From positions 437,903-501,902 of the forward strand of contig CAWHNE010000029.1 of the NCBI GenBank assembly GCA_963830485.1: a DNA stretch of 64,000 nucleotides. The letters run 5' to 3'. Positions 51,092-62,462 of the stretch are shown here, piece by piece. The notes beneath the pieces were generated by a model. That model saw nothing but the letters and a program-made list of their open reading frames with translations, did not search any database and was not told where the DNA came from. The DNA is from an uncultured beta proteobacterium. Its GTDB lineage: Bacteria; Pseudomonadota; Gammaproteobacteria; Burkholderiales; Casimicrobiaceae. Each line of letters starts with the position of its first letter. The first letter of the stretch is position 1. Made by a program: the position numbers and the translations under genes.

Positions 51092-52008
51092 CAGGCCCGC
51101 TCCACCGCCCCGATCATCCGCTGGCGCAGCGCCGCGTCGGGCAGGCGGCCGGACGCCGCATTCAGGTTCTCGCGCACGTGGGCGACGCTGGTCGTCGCCG
51201 GGATCGCGCAGGTGACGTCCGGGTGCGAGACGATGAACTTCAGCACGAACTGCGCCCAGCTCGAAGCTTCGATCTCTGCCGCCCACGGCGGGAGCGGTTG
51301 ACGCGCGAGCGCGCGGAGCAACGTTCCCTCGCGAAACGGTCGGTTCACGATCACCGCGATCCCGCGATCGCGAGCGAGCGGCAGGATGCGTTCCTCGACC
51401 TCGCGATCGATCGGGTTGTAGGTGATCTGCACGAAGTCGATCGGCTGACTCCGCATCACCTGCTCCACCTCGCGATGGCGGCGTCCCTCCGACGTCGTGA
51501 CACCGACATAGCGAAGCTGTCCCGCCGCCTTCATCGCGAACAGCGTCGGCAGATGCTCCTGCCAGTTGAGCATGTTGTGGACCTGCAGGAGGTCGAATCG
51601 GCTCACCTGCCACTTGCGACGCGATCGCTCGATCTGCTCGCGTCCTTCCGCACCGGACGAGATCCAGACCTTGTCCGCGCAGAAGACGTGGCCCGTCAGC
51701 GCCGCCTTGCGCAGCCCGTAGCCGATCGTATCCTGCGACGAGCCGTACATCGGCGACGAGTCGATCATGCGGCCGCCTGCCTCGACGAAGTTGCGCATGA
51801 CGTCGGTGCAGGCGTCCCGCGCGACCGGGTCGCTGCCGACGTTGAAGGTGATCCAGGTGCCAAGCCCGACGACGGGCAGTGGCTCGCCTGTGGAGGGGAT
51901 CGGGCGGGTCAGGATTGCGCGCGGTTGTGATAGCGCCACTGACGGTCGAAGTGCGCCGGCGGCGCTTATCGCGGCCAGCGTGCCCAACAAGCGGCGGCGG
52001 GTCAACAT
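51091..52008 (-). CDS. aldo/keto reductase with twin-arginine signal peptide
   Basis: Inside ORF 51091..52065. ATG 52008 gives MLTRRRLLGTLAAISAAGALRPSVALSQP. AKR body ...VVGLGTW..., ...DSSPMYGSS..., ...LLQVHN... Confidence 0.8.
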   Translation of the reverse strand: MLTRRRLLGTLAAISAAGALRPSVALSQPRAILTRPIPSTGEPLPVVGLGTWITFNVGSDPVARDACTDVMRNFVEAGGRMIDSSPMYGSSQDTIGYGLRKAALTGHVFCADKVWISSGAEGREQIERSRRKWQVSRFDLLQVHNMLNWQEHLPTLFAMKAAGQLRYVGVTTSEGRRHREVEQVMRSQPIDFVQITYNPIDREVEERILPLARDRGIAVIVNRPFREGTLLRALARQPLPPWAAEIEASSWAQFVLKFIVSHPDVTCAIPATTSVAHVRENLNAASGRLPDAALRQRMIGAVERA

Positions 52009-52109
52009 GGTTCTGCTGTGCCCGTTGCCTCGAGGGGCGTGACCGCGGTTGCCGCTGTCGCTCATCGCTTACGCGAGGAGGGACGAGGCGCGGTGAACGT
52101 TGTGCAGCA

Positions 52110-54012
52110 CTAGCGCAGGGTTTCCCGCTTCACCGCGACATCGAAGCGCAGCGCGCTTTGCGCTTCGCCGCGGCCCGCTGTCTTGCTGCGACCTATCCAG
52201 AGCCAGCTGCGCCCGTCGCTGCTCCTCGCGTACTGGAACTTGCGTTGCAGCGTCGCACCGATGCGGGGCACCTCTTCCTCCTCGATGACGAGCGTGTCGT
52301 CGTCCGGCATCGGTGCAGCGGGTCGCGGCGCAGCATCCAGCCGCGCGGATAGAACACGTAGGCGCGCAAGCCGTCGCCGATCGCGATGCGCGTGATGAAG
52401 TCGTCCTGTGCATCGAGCAGCGCGAGGAAGTCGACGTAGGCCGGGTCGACTGCGCCGATCACGTCGACGCTCGCCTCCGGATAGAAGCGCTTCATGCCGG
52501 CGCGCGCGAGCCGGATGTTCAGCGGGTCCACGAAATTGATCGGCGTGTCGCGCACCGGCAGCAGCGGCGTCCAGTTGGCCGGGACCGGTGTCTGCAGCCG
52601 GTAGACCAGTTGCGGGCTGGCGACGCCGCCGTCGAAGTCGATGCGCTGCTGGAAGGCCAGTGCCTTCGCCTCGAGCTCGCGATCGAGCGGCTCGCCCGAC
52701 ACGCCCTGCACGGTGTGCTCGATCGCCCACGCGAGGTTGGCCATCTCGTCGCGCGCGAGCATCGTCTCCTCGAGCACGATGCCTTCCGCGACGCCGTCGA
52801 GACTGTCCGGCAGGAACAGCGCATGATCGAGGCGGCCCTGCAGGTTCGCGTCCGGCGTCACCGAGTACATCGTCCACTGCGCGCCCGCGGGGTTGCTGAT
52901 CGCGTTGGGTGACGACACGATGCCGAAGTTGTCGGTGATGACGAAGTCCGTCACGCGATGGATCCAGCCGACCGGCAGGCGCACCGGCACGAGGAACCAG
53001 TCGTTGCCGAAGGTCAGCGCGAACTCGGTCACGCTCATGCGCAAGAGGTCGGTGACGCCGGCCTCGGCGCCGGCGAAATTGACGTTGCCGTCCTCGAACT
53101 CCCAGAAGCGCTCGGCCGGCATGCCGGGGTAGCGGACCGGCGTCGGGTGGCGCGACGCGACCGCGAACGTCTGCCGCACCGGATCGCCCTGGGGCGCGAC
53201 CGCGGTCGCGCGGAAGTCGTCCCAGTCGACGTGGCCGTCGGTGTATTCGGCGGCATCGAGCCGCGTGTCGTCCGCCTTCAGCGCGAACGCGTATTCCATG
53301 CGATTGCGTTGCCACGATGCGGCTGGCCGCATCGCCCTCGTAGAGCAGGTCGTCCAGCCACGCGAGCCAGGTCGCGAGCATGGCCTTCGCGTCGTCGGCG
53401 TCGGCGCCGCCGAGCGCCAGGCGCGCCGGCAGGCCGGTGAGGTTGCCCCCGGCATCGACGAGCGGGCGCAACTCGTCGGCCAGTGCGATCGCGTCGATGG
53501 TTCGCGCGTTCAGCAGCGTCGACCACAGGAGCCCGGCGCGATCGGCGTCGGGATCGGTGGGCGCGGGCAGCGCCAGCGGATAGGCGGCGAGCAGCGCGGC
53601 GCGCACCGCCGGGGTCGCCATGCGCAGCGCATGCTGGCCCGCCTCGCCGCGCAGTCGCGCATGCGTGGACCACGCCGGCTCGGCCTCGACGCGCGTTTCG
53701 ATCGGCACGTCGTGATCGGTGATCGGCTGCCACGGCGCCGCCAGGTCGGCGCCTGCGCGAAACGCATCCACCTTCACGCCTTGCACCGCGAACTGCACGC
53801 GCAGCGGCGTGCCGGCGTCCTCGCCCTGGAACTCGTTGAACTGCCACTGCCGCGACAACAGCCACAGCGGGTCGGCCAGCGGCGCCGAAAGCCCGGCCTG
53901 CAGGCTGATCGCCGTCGGCTGCGTCTCGAGCCGCGTGATGCCGGTGATCGACGGCTGTCTTGACGCCGACCAGGGTCAACGAGGCGGCGGACTTCTTGAA
54001 TTCGATGCGCAC
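52110..54012 (-). pseudogene. giant-operon gene 4: ~634-aa conserved-looking hypothetical, three frame breaks
   Basis: ATG 54012 is 8 nt after GAGGAG. MRIEFKKSAASLTLVGVK | (+1 ~53958) ...DPLWLLSRQWQFNEFQGEDAGTP... | (+1 ~53322) ...PAERFWEFEDGNVNFAG...FGNDWFLVPV... | (-1 ~52320) ...PMPDDDTLVIEEEEVPRIG... Stop at 52110. The pieces lie in ORFs 53278..54012, 52110..53858 and 52193..53455. Confidence 0.75.
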
Positions 54013-54027
54013 GCTGTCTCCTCGCGA

Positions 54028-57000
54028 TCAGATCTTGCCGAGCGTGAACGTCGTGGCCGCCGAACTCACGGACGACAGAAGCCGCTTCCGCGCCTCGCGC
54101 GCCAGCTCGAGCATGCGCACGCTCGGCAGGTCGTCGGTGTAGGTGTGCGGCAGGTAGTTGCCGGGCAGCACGGCGCCCAGGCCGCCCGCCAGGTCGCGCG
54201 GACGCACGCCGCGCAGCCTGGCCAGGTCGAAGGCCTCGTGGATCACGTCGACCGCGTCGTCGAAGCTCCAGGCGTCCTGGCCCAGGCGCGGCGGCAGCGC
54301 GAGCAGGATCGACTGCGGCGGACGGGCGCCCGGCGCGTCGTAGTGGAATCCGATCCCCGCGGTCTGGAACGGATCGGGAACGAACTCGGGCCACTCGTCG
54401 CAGACGAAGGCCGCGATGGCGCTGTCGCCGGCGATTGCCGCCACGCCGGGCGCGTGCAACACGATGGCCAAGTCGGGCGCGACGCGGTTGATGTCGCGGT
54501 ACCGCGGCTCCGGCTTCGCCGCGAGATAGGCGCGCAATTCCTCGGGCACCTGCTTGGGATCGAACGGCGTGCCTTCGTCCTCGCGCCAGGCTTCGGGGAG
54601 GGCCGCCCAGGCGTGCCCCGACTGATGCGGGAACTGCACGACCTGAAGGTCGCCGAGTGCCAACGGTGCGCACAACGCTTCGTGCGCCGACACGGCCGCG
54701 GCAAAGCGATCCGCGCCTTCGCGCACGCGCGCCGCCTGGCACAGCCAGCCGTTGATGCGCCACGGATCGGCTGCGCAGAGCGCGGCCTGGTCGGCGAGCG
54801 ACGCATTGAATTCGGTCGCGTAGGGGCCGATGGTGAATTTCGGCAGCACCGGGAAATCCTTGCCGAGGAGGCGCTTGATCCGCTCGATCGCATGCTGGAC
54901 ACGTTGCGCGTCGGTCGGGCCGACCTGACCGGCGAGGAGCGGCGGATCGGCATGCACGTCGTCGTGCAGCGCATCGAGGATCGGCTGCAGCGCGACAATC
55001 GCTTCGGCCGCGCGGGCATTTCGGGTCGCGGGATCGGCGCCGGGCGCATCGATGGCGAACACCTGCGCCGGCCACGCCACTTCCGGCAGCAGGTCGGTGA
55101 ACGCCGAGAGGGCCGCCAGCAATCCATCGGCGTCGACGCTGGCGAGAAGCGCGGCGCGGGCCGCATCGAACTCGGCGACGAGCGCGTCGGCGCGCGCGAC
55201 GATCTCGGCGACGTCGACGCCGCGATATTCGCCCATCGGCGGCAGTGCCGCTTCGAGCTTGTCGTCGATGCGCACGACATCCTTGCGCGTCGCATGGCGC
55301 GCCTTGCCGATGAGCGCCTTCAGCGTCATCGCGATCGCTTCGAACTGGGCGAGTCCGAGCGAATCGGCCTCCTCGACGTCGTCGCCATGCGGCTCGATGT
55401 CGAGCAGCGACACGCTCGCGGCGTCGACCACCTTGGCGATCAGCGCCGTCGCCACCGCGCTGCGAAAGCCGGTCTCGGCCGGACCCGCGAGCCGCGCGGC
55501 GACGACGCCCTCGGCCAGCAGGACCGCCGACAGCGGCGACAGCCCAAGGTCGTCCCAGGTCGCGACGATCGGAAGGGCGTCGATCACGTCGTTGCCGTCG
55601 GCATCCCGCCGATGCACGCGCGCGACGAACCGGTAGCGGCCGGGGTCGCCCAGCATCGTCGCGATCCACGCATTGAGCGCGGGCTCGGCGCGCGAGCGGC
55701 GATCATCGGGCCAGCCGTCGACGGGATCCGGACACACGACGGCGATGCGCTGCGTGTAGCTTGCGCCGCCGCGCGGCGTGCGTCCGACCTGGTTCTCGAT
55801 CGGCAGCGTCTGCTTGTCGGCCACCGCCATCGCCGCCGCCGCGCGCGCGGGGTTGCCCTGGACGATCTGATGCGCGCCTTCGGCGAGCAGCAGGTCGCTG
55901 ACGCTGTCGGCCAGGTCCGCCGCATCCGCGATGATGTTCGCGATCGTCGGCTGTTCGCCAGGCAGTATCGCGGCCGGCGGAACCAGGCCCGCCAGCGAGG
56001 CGGCAAGTTTTGCGATGACGGTACCGGGCCCCTTTTCCCAATCGGCCAGCACGGCGACGCCGTCGACGACGTCGCGCGCACCGATCGCCTCCGTCGCATC
56101 GCCGGGCAATCCGCCGCCGACCGGACGCCACGGATACGCGAGCCGCAACGGCCAGATGAACTTGCCGAGCTGGGCGTCGCGCAGCCCGCGCTCGATGCGA
56201 TAGCCGTAGAGCGCCGCGAGCGGCTGGTCGCGCGTGAGTCCCTGCAGGATGTCGCTCGCGCGGCGCGTCCGCTTGGAGTCGAGCGCGATGTCGAAGGCGC
56301 CCTGCTCGTGATTCGCCATGAAGCCGCTGCGCAGGATCGCCGCCGTCGCCGCCTGCCCCTGCGACGGCGCGAGCAGGAAGCCCTCGCTGTCGGGACGGTC
56401 GTCGGCCTTCAGGTTCTCGCACCCAGGCGTAGCCGCCGACGTAGAGGCCGGTCGGCTTGCGCCGCGCGCATCTGCTCGAGCCGGCGATTGGCGCGCGCCG
56501 CGATCCAGGCGTCGAGGCGGTACGAGAACGCGTCGAGCGTGGAGCGGAATGCGATGTTGAGTTCGCCGACGGTGCGCGTGGACAGGAAGTCGAGGCTCAG
56601 CTTGACCGCACCCAGATTGCGCGTCTGCGGGAGCACATGGGCTACCGAGCTCGAAGAGCCCGTCGGACGCGCGCGAGGCCACGCTCTTGCCTTGCGGCTG
56701 CAACTGCGCGCTGAGCGTATTGGCGACGTGCTCGCCAAGCGTCGCGCGCCCGGTGACGGCCGGGATGGACACGCTCGCCAGTTCCTTCGGCGTCTGCACG
56801 GTGAACATCGCCTTCGTTTTCGGCGACGGCCTCGACGTAGGGCATCGTCGACGTTGCACGCGAGACGACCCGGCTCACCGCGCCGCTCACGTCGACGAAG
56901 CGGTCGACGGCGTCGCCCTGCTCCTTCTGCACCGAGTAGGCGGCGAGCGCCTGCAGCAGCGCGGGACCGGCCTGGCTCGCGTCGAGAACGGCTTGCCCGC

Positions 57001-58950
57001 TGCCGGCGTCTGGATCGCGGCTTGGGCGATGGCGTGGAGATAGTTGTTGGAGTCCACGAAGCTCGTGTCGTCGCGCGGCTTCCTTGGTCGGATCCTTGTC
57101 GTCGGCGAGCACCCACGGCACGCCGGCGAGATAGCCCGGCGAGTACGGCGGGTCGGGCAGGAAGTCGTTGCACACCCCGATGTGCGTTTCCCAGTAGTTG
57201 AACGGGCCCAGCGCCGAGATCACGCTCTGGATGAGCGGATTGCGACCGCTCGACTGCGCATCGGAGAACGGCGTCGGCATCATGCACATCGCCTTGGCGT
57301 CCTTGTCGCGGTAATACGCCGTCTGCGACCAGGCTCCGGTCTGCAGGATGTCCTTCGCCTTGTCGAGGTCGCCGTCCTCGAGCAGCGGAACACTGTTGCT
57401 CGCCAGCTCCCACATCGGGCGCAGCACGCCCAGCACCTTGCCGATCGCGGTCTCGACCTGCGAATCGCCCGGATCGGCAAAGCGCTTGCCGACGAGCGGC
57501 AGCATGCCGTACGGCTGTTCGTCCACGCGCAGGACCGGCAACGGGCCGGTCGGCCGCACGTACGACACGGCGTAGCGGCGCAACGCGTAGAGCCCTGACG
57601 TGCCGAGCACTTCCTTGCCGCCGACCATCGGATTCCACATCTGCATCACGTAGTCGCCGAACGTGCCGCGCCACAGCACGTTCATCATGTGCAGGCCGGT
57701 GCGCTGGTCCGTGAGATGCGGATTCTCGATGTTGTCGGCGGGAAGCGCCTCGGGCGCGATGCCGAACGCCCACTGCAGCAGCTGCAGCGCGTCCTGGTCC
57801 TCCTTGCTGGCGCCCGGGGCGGGAGGCGGAGGCAGATTGTTTCGAGCTCGGGCTGTAACCCGCCGGCGCGGCCTCCGTGTTGTTGGTCGGCGTGCCGAGC
57901 GCGGCGAATCCCAGGCCGCTCGAATCCCGATGCGCGGCGAGGAGGTCGGTGAAGTCGGCGGCGCTGTCCGCGGCGCTCTTCGTCCACTCGAAGCCGACGA
58001 CGACCAGCCGCTCCAGCGTGCCGGTGGCGAGATCGAAGCGGGTGCCAGGCGACGGCGCGATCCTGTCCTGCGTCACTTCGATGGCCATGCCGTTCTTGAG
58101 CGCCGCGTCGAAGTCGACCATCCACGCGCGGTCGCCACCGAGCAGGGCCTCGGGGTCGTCGGTCGCGAGCCAGTCCGGCGAGAGCACCAGTTCGTCGGGA
58201 ATCGTGTTGCCCCAGACGCGAAAGACCTCGCGCCGCCCCGCGGCATAGCCGATCGCGCACCAGCGCTCCGGCAACAGGACCGCGCGCGTGGTCTTGGCGA
58301 GCGCATCGATGGTGTCCGTCGGCGGAAACGCGGGCTCGGCTTCCGCGTCGGGCGCCGGCACCGGATTGCTCGGCGTGTGAACGCGCACGAGCCAGAGCGC
58401 GCGACCGCGGCCGTAGAACCGTCGTCAGGTCGCGCAGGATGCGCGCGGCCTCGTCGTCGTCGTGCGCGAAGCGCGCGCGCCAGTACCCCATCGCCGCCTG
58501 CTGCTCGTCGGCGGTGGGCGTGGGCTCGTGGTCGATGGTGTTGAGGTCGTCGGGATAGATCCGAATGCGCAACCGGATCGGCTGTCCCGGCACGCGGAAA
58601 TAGCGCGTCTCGATGCGCATCGGCAGCAGCGCGATCGGGATGTGTCCGTCGAGGGCGCCGACCAGCGTGGACGGGTCGCGGTTGCGCACCAGGCCGTCGG
58701 CCAGTTCGTCCATCCGATTCTGCAGCGTGCGACGTTCGGTGACGAGCGCGTTGCGCGCCGCCTGCGCGGAGGCCACGCGTGCGCTCAGCGCTTTCCGCTC
58801 GTCCGCGGAGGCGCCGGAGCGGACCGCCGCGTCGAGCGCGGTCTTCGCGGATGCGATCTTGGCCTCTGCGGTGCGTTGCCGCAGCGCCAGCCGATCGAGT
58901 TCGGTTCGCGTTCGCGTGAAGCCGCTCAAGTCGATGTCGATGCGGGGCAT
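54028..58950 (-). pseudogene. giant-operon gene 3: ~1640-aa hypothetical with N-terminal coiled coil, about eight frame breaks
   Basis: ATG 58950: MPRIDIDLSGF..., a ~90-aa heptad-like stretch, then ...LLPMRIETRYF... Breaks at ~58428, ~57845, ~57083, ~56990 (-1), ~56818, ~56645, ~56458 and ~56419. From 56400 to the stop at 54028 it is one clean 790-codon frame (ORF 54028..56859). The pieces lie in ORFs 57685..58950, 56409..58388 and 56642..57688. Confidence 0.75.
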
Positions 58951-58992
58951 GATCTGCGCTCGGTTACTTGTCAGAGGTGCTCCAGGCGGACC

Positions 58993-61900
58993 TCAACCGC
59001 CCGGCGTCTTCAGCGCATCGCCGCGCCAGTAGCCGCGGAACGGCCGCTGCAGGACCGCGTCGGCGACTGTGGCCGCATGCGGATCCACCCAGCGCGGTCC
59101 CTTCGCCGGCTGCCCTTTCCTGAGCGCCGTCAATCCGAAGTAGCTGCCGTTCGCCACCTGGATGTCGTCCCAGTCGACGTCCTGCCAGTTGCTGCTGTTC
59201 TGCCCGGCGCCGACCCGCTCGTCGAAGCCGAAGCGGGGTTCGGTCATGTGCTCCTCGACGATGAAGAAGTACTTGCTGATATCTGCCGGCGCGATCGGAA
59301 AGCCGATGTAGGTGATGTCCTTGAGCAGATGACCTTGCATCACCGGCACGATCTGCTTGTGCGGATCCATCTCGCTGTTGTCATTGGGGACCGGGGGACT
59401 GGCGCCTCCGGGCCGGGTCTCCTTGTCGACGATCTTGTAGGCGTAGATCGACAGGTTGGGGAAGCGCTCGATCAGCTGGCCGCGCACGAGCAGCACGAGC
59501 ATCTCCGTGCTCCCGGGCTGCGCGCCGAGGCGCAGTGCTTTCCACTGGTGGATGAATTCGATGTCGTTCTTGCCGTCGAGCCGCTGCCAGAAGCGCTGGA
59601 AGGGCGTGCCGCGCTGATCGGTGGGCAGTCCCTGCCACAGCATCTCGCGACCCATCTCGTGGTTGGCGCCGATCATCAGCGCCTCGACGAACCGCGGGTT
59701 GGTCTTCACGGCCATGATGAAGTCGTTGGGCAGCACGCCCACGCCGGGGAGAAACACGTCCGGCGCGAGGCTCTCGAGCTTGCGCGACAGCGGGAACAGC
59801 AGGTGCGGGAACGCCATCACGCGGTCGAACGCCTGCGGAATGACGTAGCGCAGCCGCTCGACGAGCGCGGCATCGAGGCTTGCGCTGATGAACGGGTTCG
59901 ACAGCACGCCGTTCACCCATCCCACGGCCTGTCCGCCGAGGCTCAAACTGCGTGGCGAGACGCGCCGGCACGGTCCGGTCGGCATCGACGCGCGACCGCG
60001 CCTGCGACGCGTTGGCCGCGGTCGCGAAGTCGACGGCCTCCAGAGTGACCAGCGAATCGGCCGGCGGAAACACGACGCGCGCATAGTCCTTGAACGCCTC
60101 CGAGTACCGCTGCAGCGTCGGGCGATCCTTCAACGCGGGCGGCAGCGTGATCGTCGGCACGACGTTCGGGTCCGGCGGCGGGACCTTGCCGAAATTGCCC
60201 GGGCCGCTCAGCTCGATCTTCACCTCCGCTCCGGTGCGGCCGAGCGTCGACGGCGGCAGCGTCGTGAACACCGCGGCACTGCCGTAGAGCGTGACCGCGG
60301 GGAGCGGAACGGACACGACAGCGGTCCCAGCTGGCCGGCCGCGCGCTGGCCTTGGCGCGCGTCGCGGTTATCGGCGCGCCGAGCGTCGTCAAGCGGCCGC
60401 TGCGTCCATCGATCTTCAGGCCCTGGCCCGTCACGACGCCGTCTTCCACCGACAGCAGCACGCCTTCGGCCCCTCGCTTGCTGGCTGAGCTGGATCAAAC
60501 GGCCGATGTCGAAAGAAAGCGGAACGCCGGCGACAGCCTGCAGCTCGGCGACGCGGATCGCGTGGGTCTCGGTGAGCAGTCCTTGATGCCGACACATCGC
60601 CCATGAGCGGCGCCGTCTTCTTCGTGCCCGAGGCGAGCTTGCGCGCCGCGGCGTTGGTGTCCTGGATGGCCTTGATCTCGTTGCCGGTCAGGCGCACGTC
60701 GAGCCCCGTGTACGGCATGAGGTCGACCGGCGTTTCGAGGTTGGCGGGCAGCGGGACGTTGTCGTACGAGCGGCTGCCGAGGATGCCGTCGGGCACGAAG
60801 CGATTGGGATCGATCACCGCGAGCCGGGTCGATGCATGCGCAAAGTTGTCGACCAGCGTGGCCATCTGCACGGTGACCGACGGCAGCGCCAGGTTCCGCT
60901 CGCGCCAACGCGCCATCTTCAACGTCCCGCGGCGCGGTGTCGCGAAGCGGCGCATCGCGCCGTCGAAGAGTTCCTGCGGCAGCGTCGCGCCCGCCATGCG
61001 CCCGTACAGCGACATGTTGGCGGCGATCGCGATGCGCGCGCGCGCCGGGGACATCACCGCCAGCACGCGATCGGGCGACAGCTTGGCGAGATGCCTCACT
61101 TCGATGCGCTTCAGGACGTCGCGCGCAAGGCGCGCCAGCGAGAATGCGCGCTCGGCCGCAAGCACGTCGCCCAGCTGCTCCCACGCCGCCTGCATGAACT
61201 CGTCCTGGTTCTGCCTGACCACTTCGGCGCCCCAGCCCGCCGCCAGCCGATAGCGCGGCTGCAGCGACAGGCCGTCGAGCCAATGCTGGTTGATCTTCGT
61301 GGTGGTGACGGTGTGCCGCTTCGCCGGGTACTCGCCGTAGATCGGCGGCGCGAGGGTCGGAACGTGCGCCGCCGGGTCGGTGCCGTCGGCCGCGCGCGAG
61401 GAGCCGCTGTTCAGGATCTCCTGGAGCTTGCCGGCGTAGACCGCGTTGCTCGCTTCCGGAGTGAACCCCAGCGACACCATCGCGCCTTCGAAGACGGTCT
61501 GGCCCGGCGTCGGCCCGTCGAACAGCAGGTGGTCGCCGTCGACATACACCGGACGTTCGCCGATGTGACGCAGTTGCGCGAGCAGCGCCGCGTCGCCGCC
61601 ATACTGCGAGGGCGTGCGCAGGCGTCGCGCCAGCGTCTCGATGTCGCCCACCGGACCGGTCGAGAATGTCCACGAGAAGTAAACGGGCAGCTCGATGTCG
61701 TTGGCGGCCTGCTTCGACCATGCGAGACCGAGAGTGTCGCCCGCGACCGGCTGACCCAGGCCGCGCAGGCGGCCGCCTTCGGTCGCCGGCACGACGCACG
61801 CGACATAGTCGGTGCGCGGCGTGAGGCGTCGCGGGCAGACGAGCCGCGAGATATTGCGCTCCGGCGCCTGGCGCATCTCGGTCGACAGCGTTTGCGCGGC

Positions 61901-62462
61901 GGCTGCCTGGTTCTCCGGCGTCGGCGGCGTGACGACGTCGACCGTCGACACGGCCTGCGAATGCGCCCACAGCCACGACTCCGCCAGATCCGGCAATTCG
62001 CTCTGGACCTGCGTGGCGGTGAGGCTGATCGACGGCAGCGGCCGGCCGGCGCGCAGCGTCGGCGGCGCGACCTTCTTGCGCTCGACGACCACGAGCACCA
62101 GCCACGGACGCAAGTGTCCGGTCGCGTTGGCGCGTGCCGGCGTCAGCAGCCACGGGAAGTCCGGCGGGTCGAAGTCGACGATCGCGAGGTAGTTGGGTTC
62201 GAAGTTGGTCGTGTTCGGGCGCGGGTCGGTGCGCACGATCAGGCGCTGGTCGATGCCGATCACGTCGGCGGGACCGTACAGCGTCAGGTCGATGTTGCCG
62301 GACACCGCGGTCGCCGCGTTCCCGTCCTGCTTGGCCTGCAGCGTGAGACCCACGGTGATGCGGGGACGCGTCGCCAGCGGCGCCGGCGGCGGTGTCGACA
62401 TTCGCATGCGCCCGCGCGAGGCCGCGGCGCGACCAGGGCGTGAAGCGGTAGGGGATCGTCAT
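58993..62462 (-). pseudogene. giant-operon gene 2: ~1155-aa hypothetical, about five frame breaks
   Basis: ATG 62462 overlaps the upstream stop (ATGA): MTIPYRFTPWSRRGLARAHANVDT | (+1 ~62395). The ORF 60431..62407 body follows (...PWLVLVVVERKK..., ...ESWLWAHSQ..., ...LPVYFSWTFSTGPVGD...), then +1 breaks at ~60592, ~60478, ~60335 and ~59960. It ends in ORF 58993..60084 (...NPRFVEALMIGANHEMGREMLW...). Confidence 0.75.

Noticed and set aside
53719-57201. 1160-aa plus-strand ORF, plus the other long ORFs antisense to or out of frame with the giant operon (for example 53774..55669 minus, 60836..62443, 62489..63559)
   Set aside because: Composition is extremely Arg/Ala/Gly/Asp-biased with no motifs. 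The minus-strand readings that I annotate have normal composition and sharp motifs.
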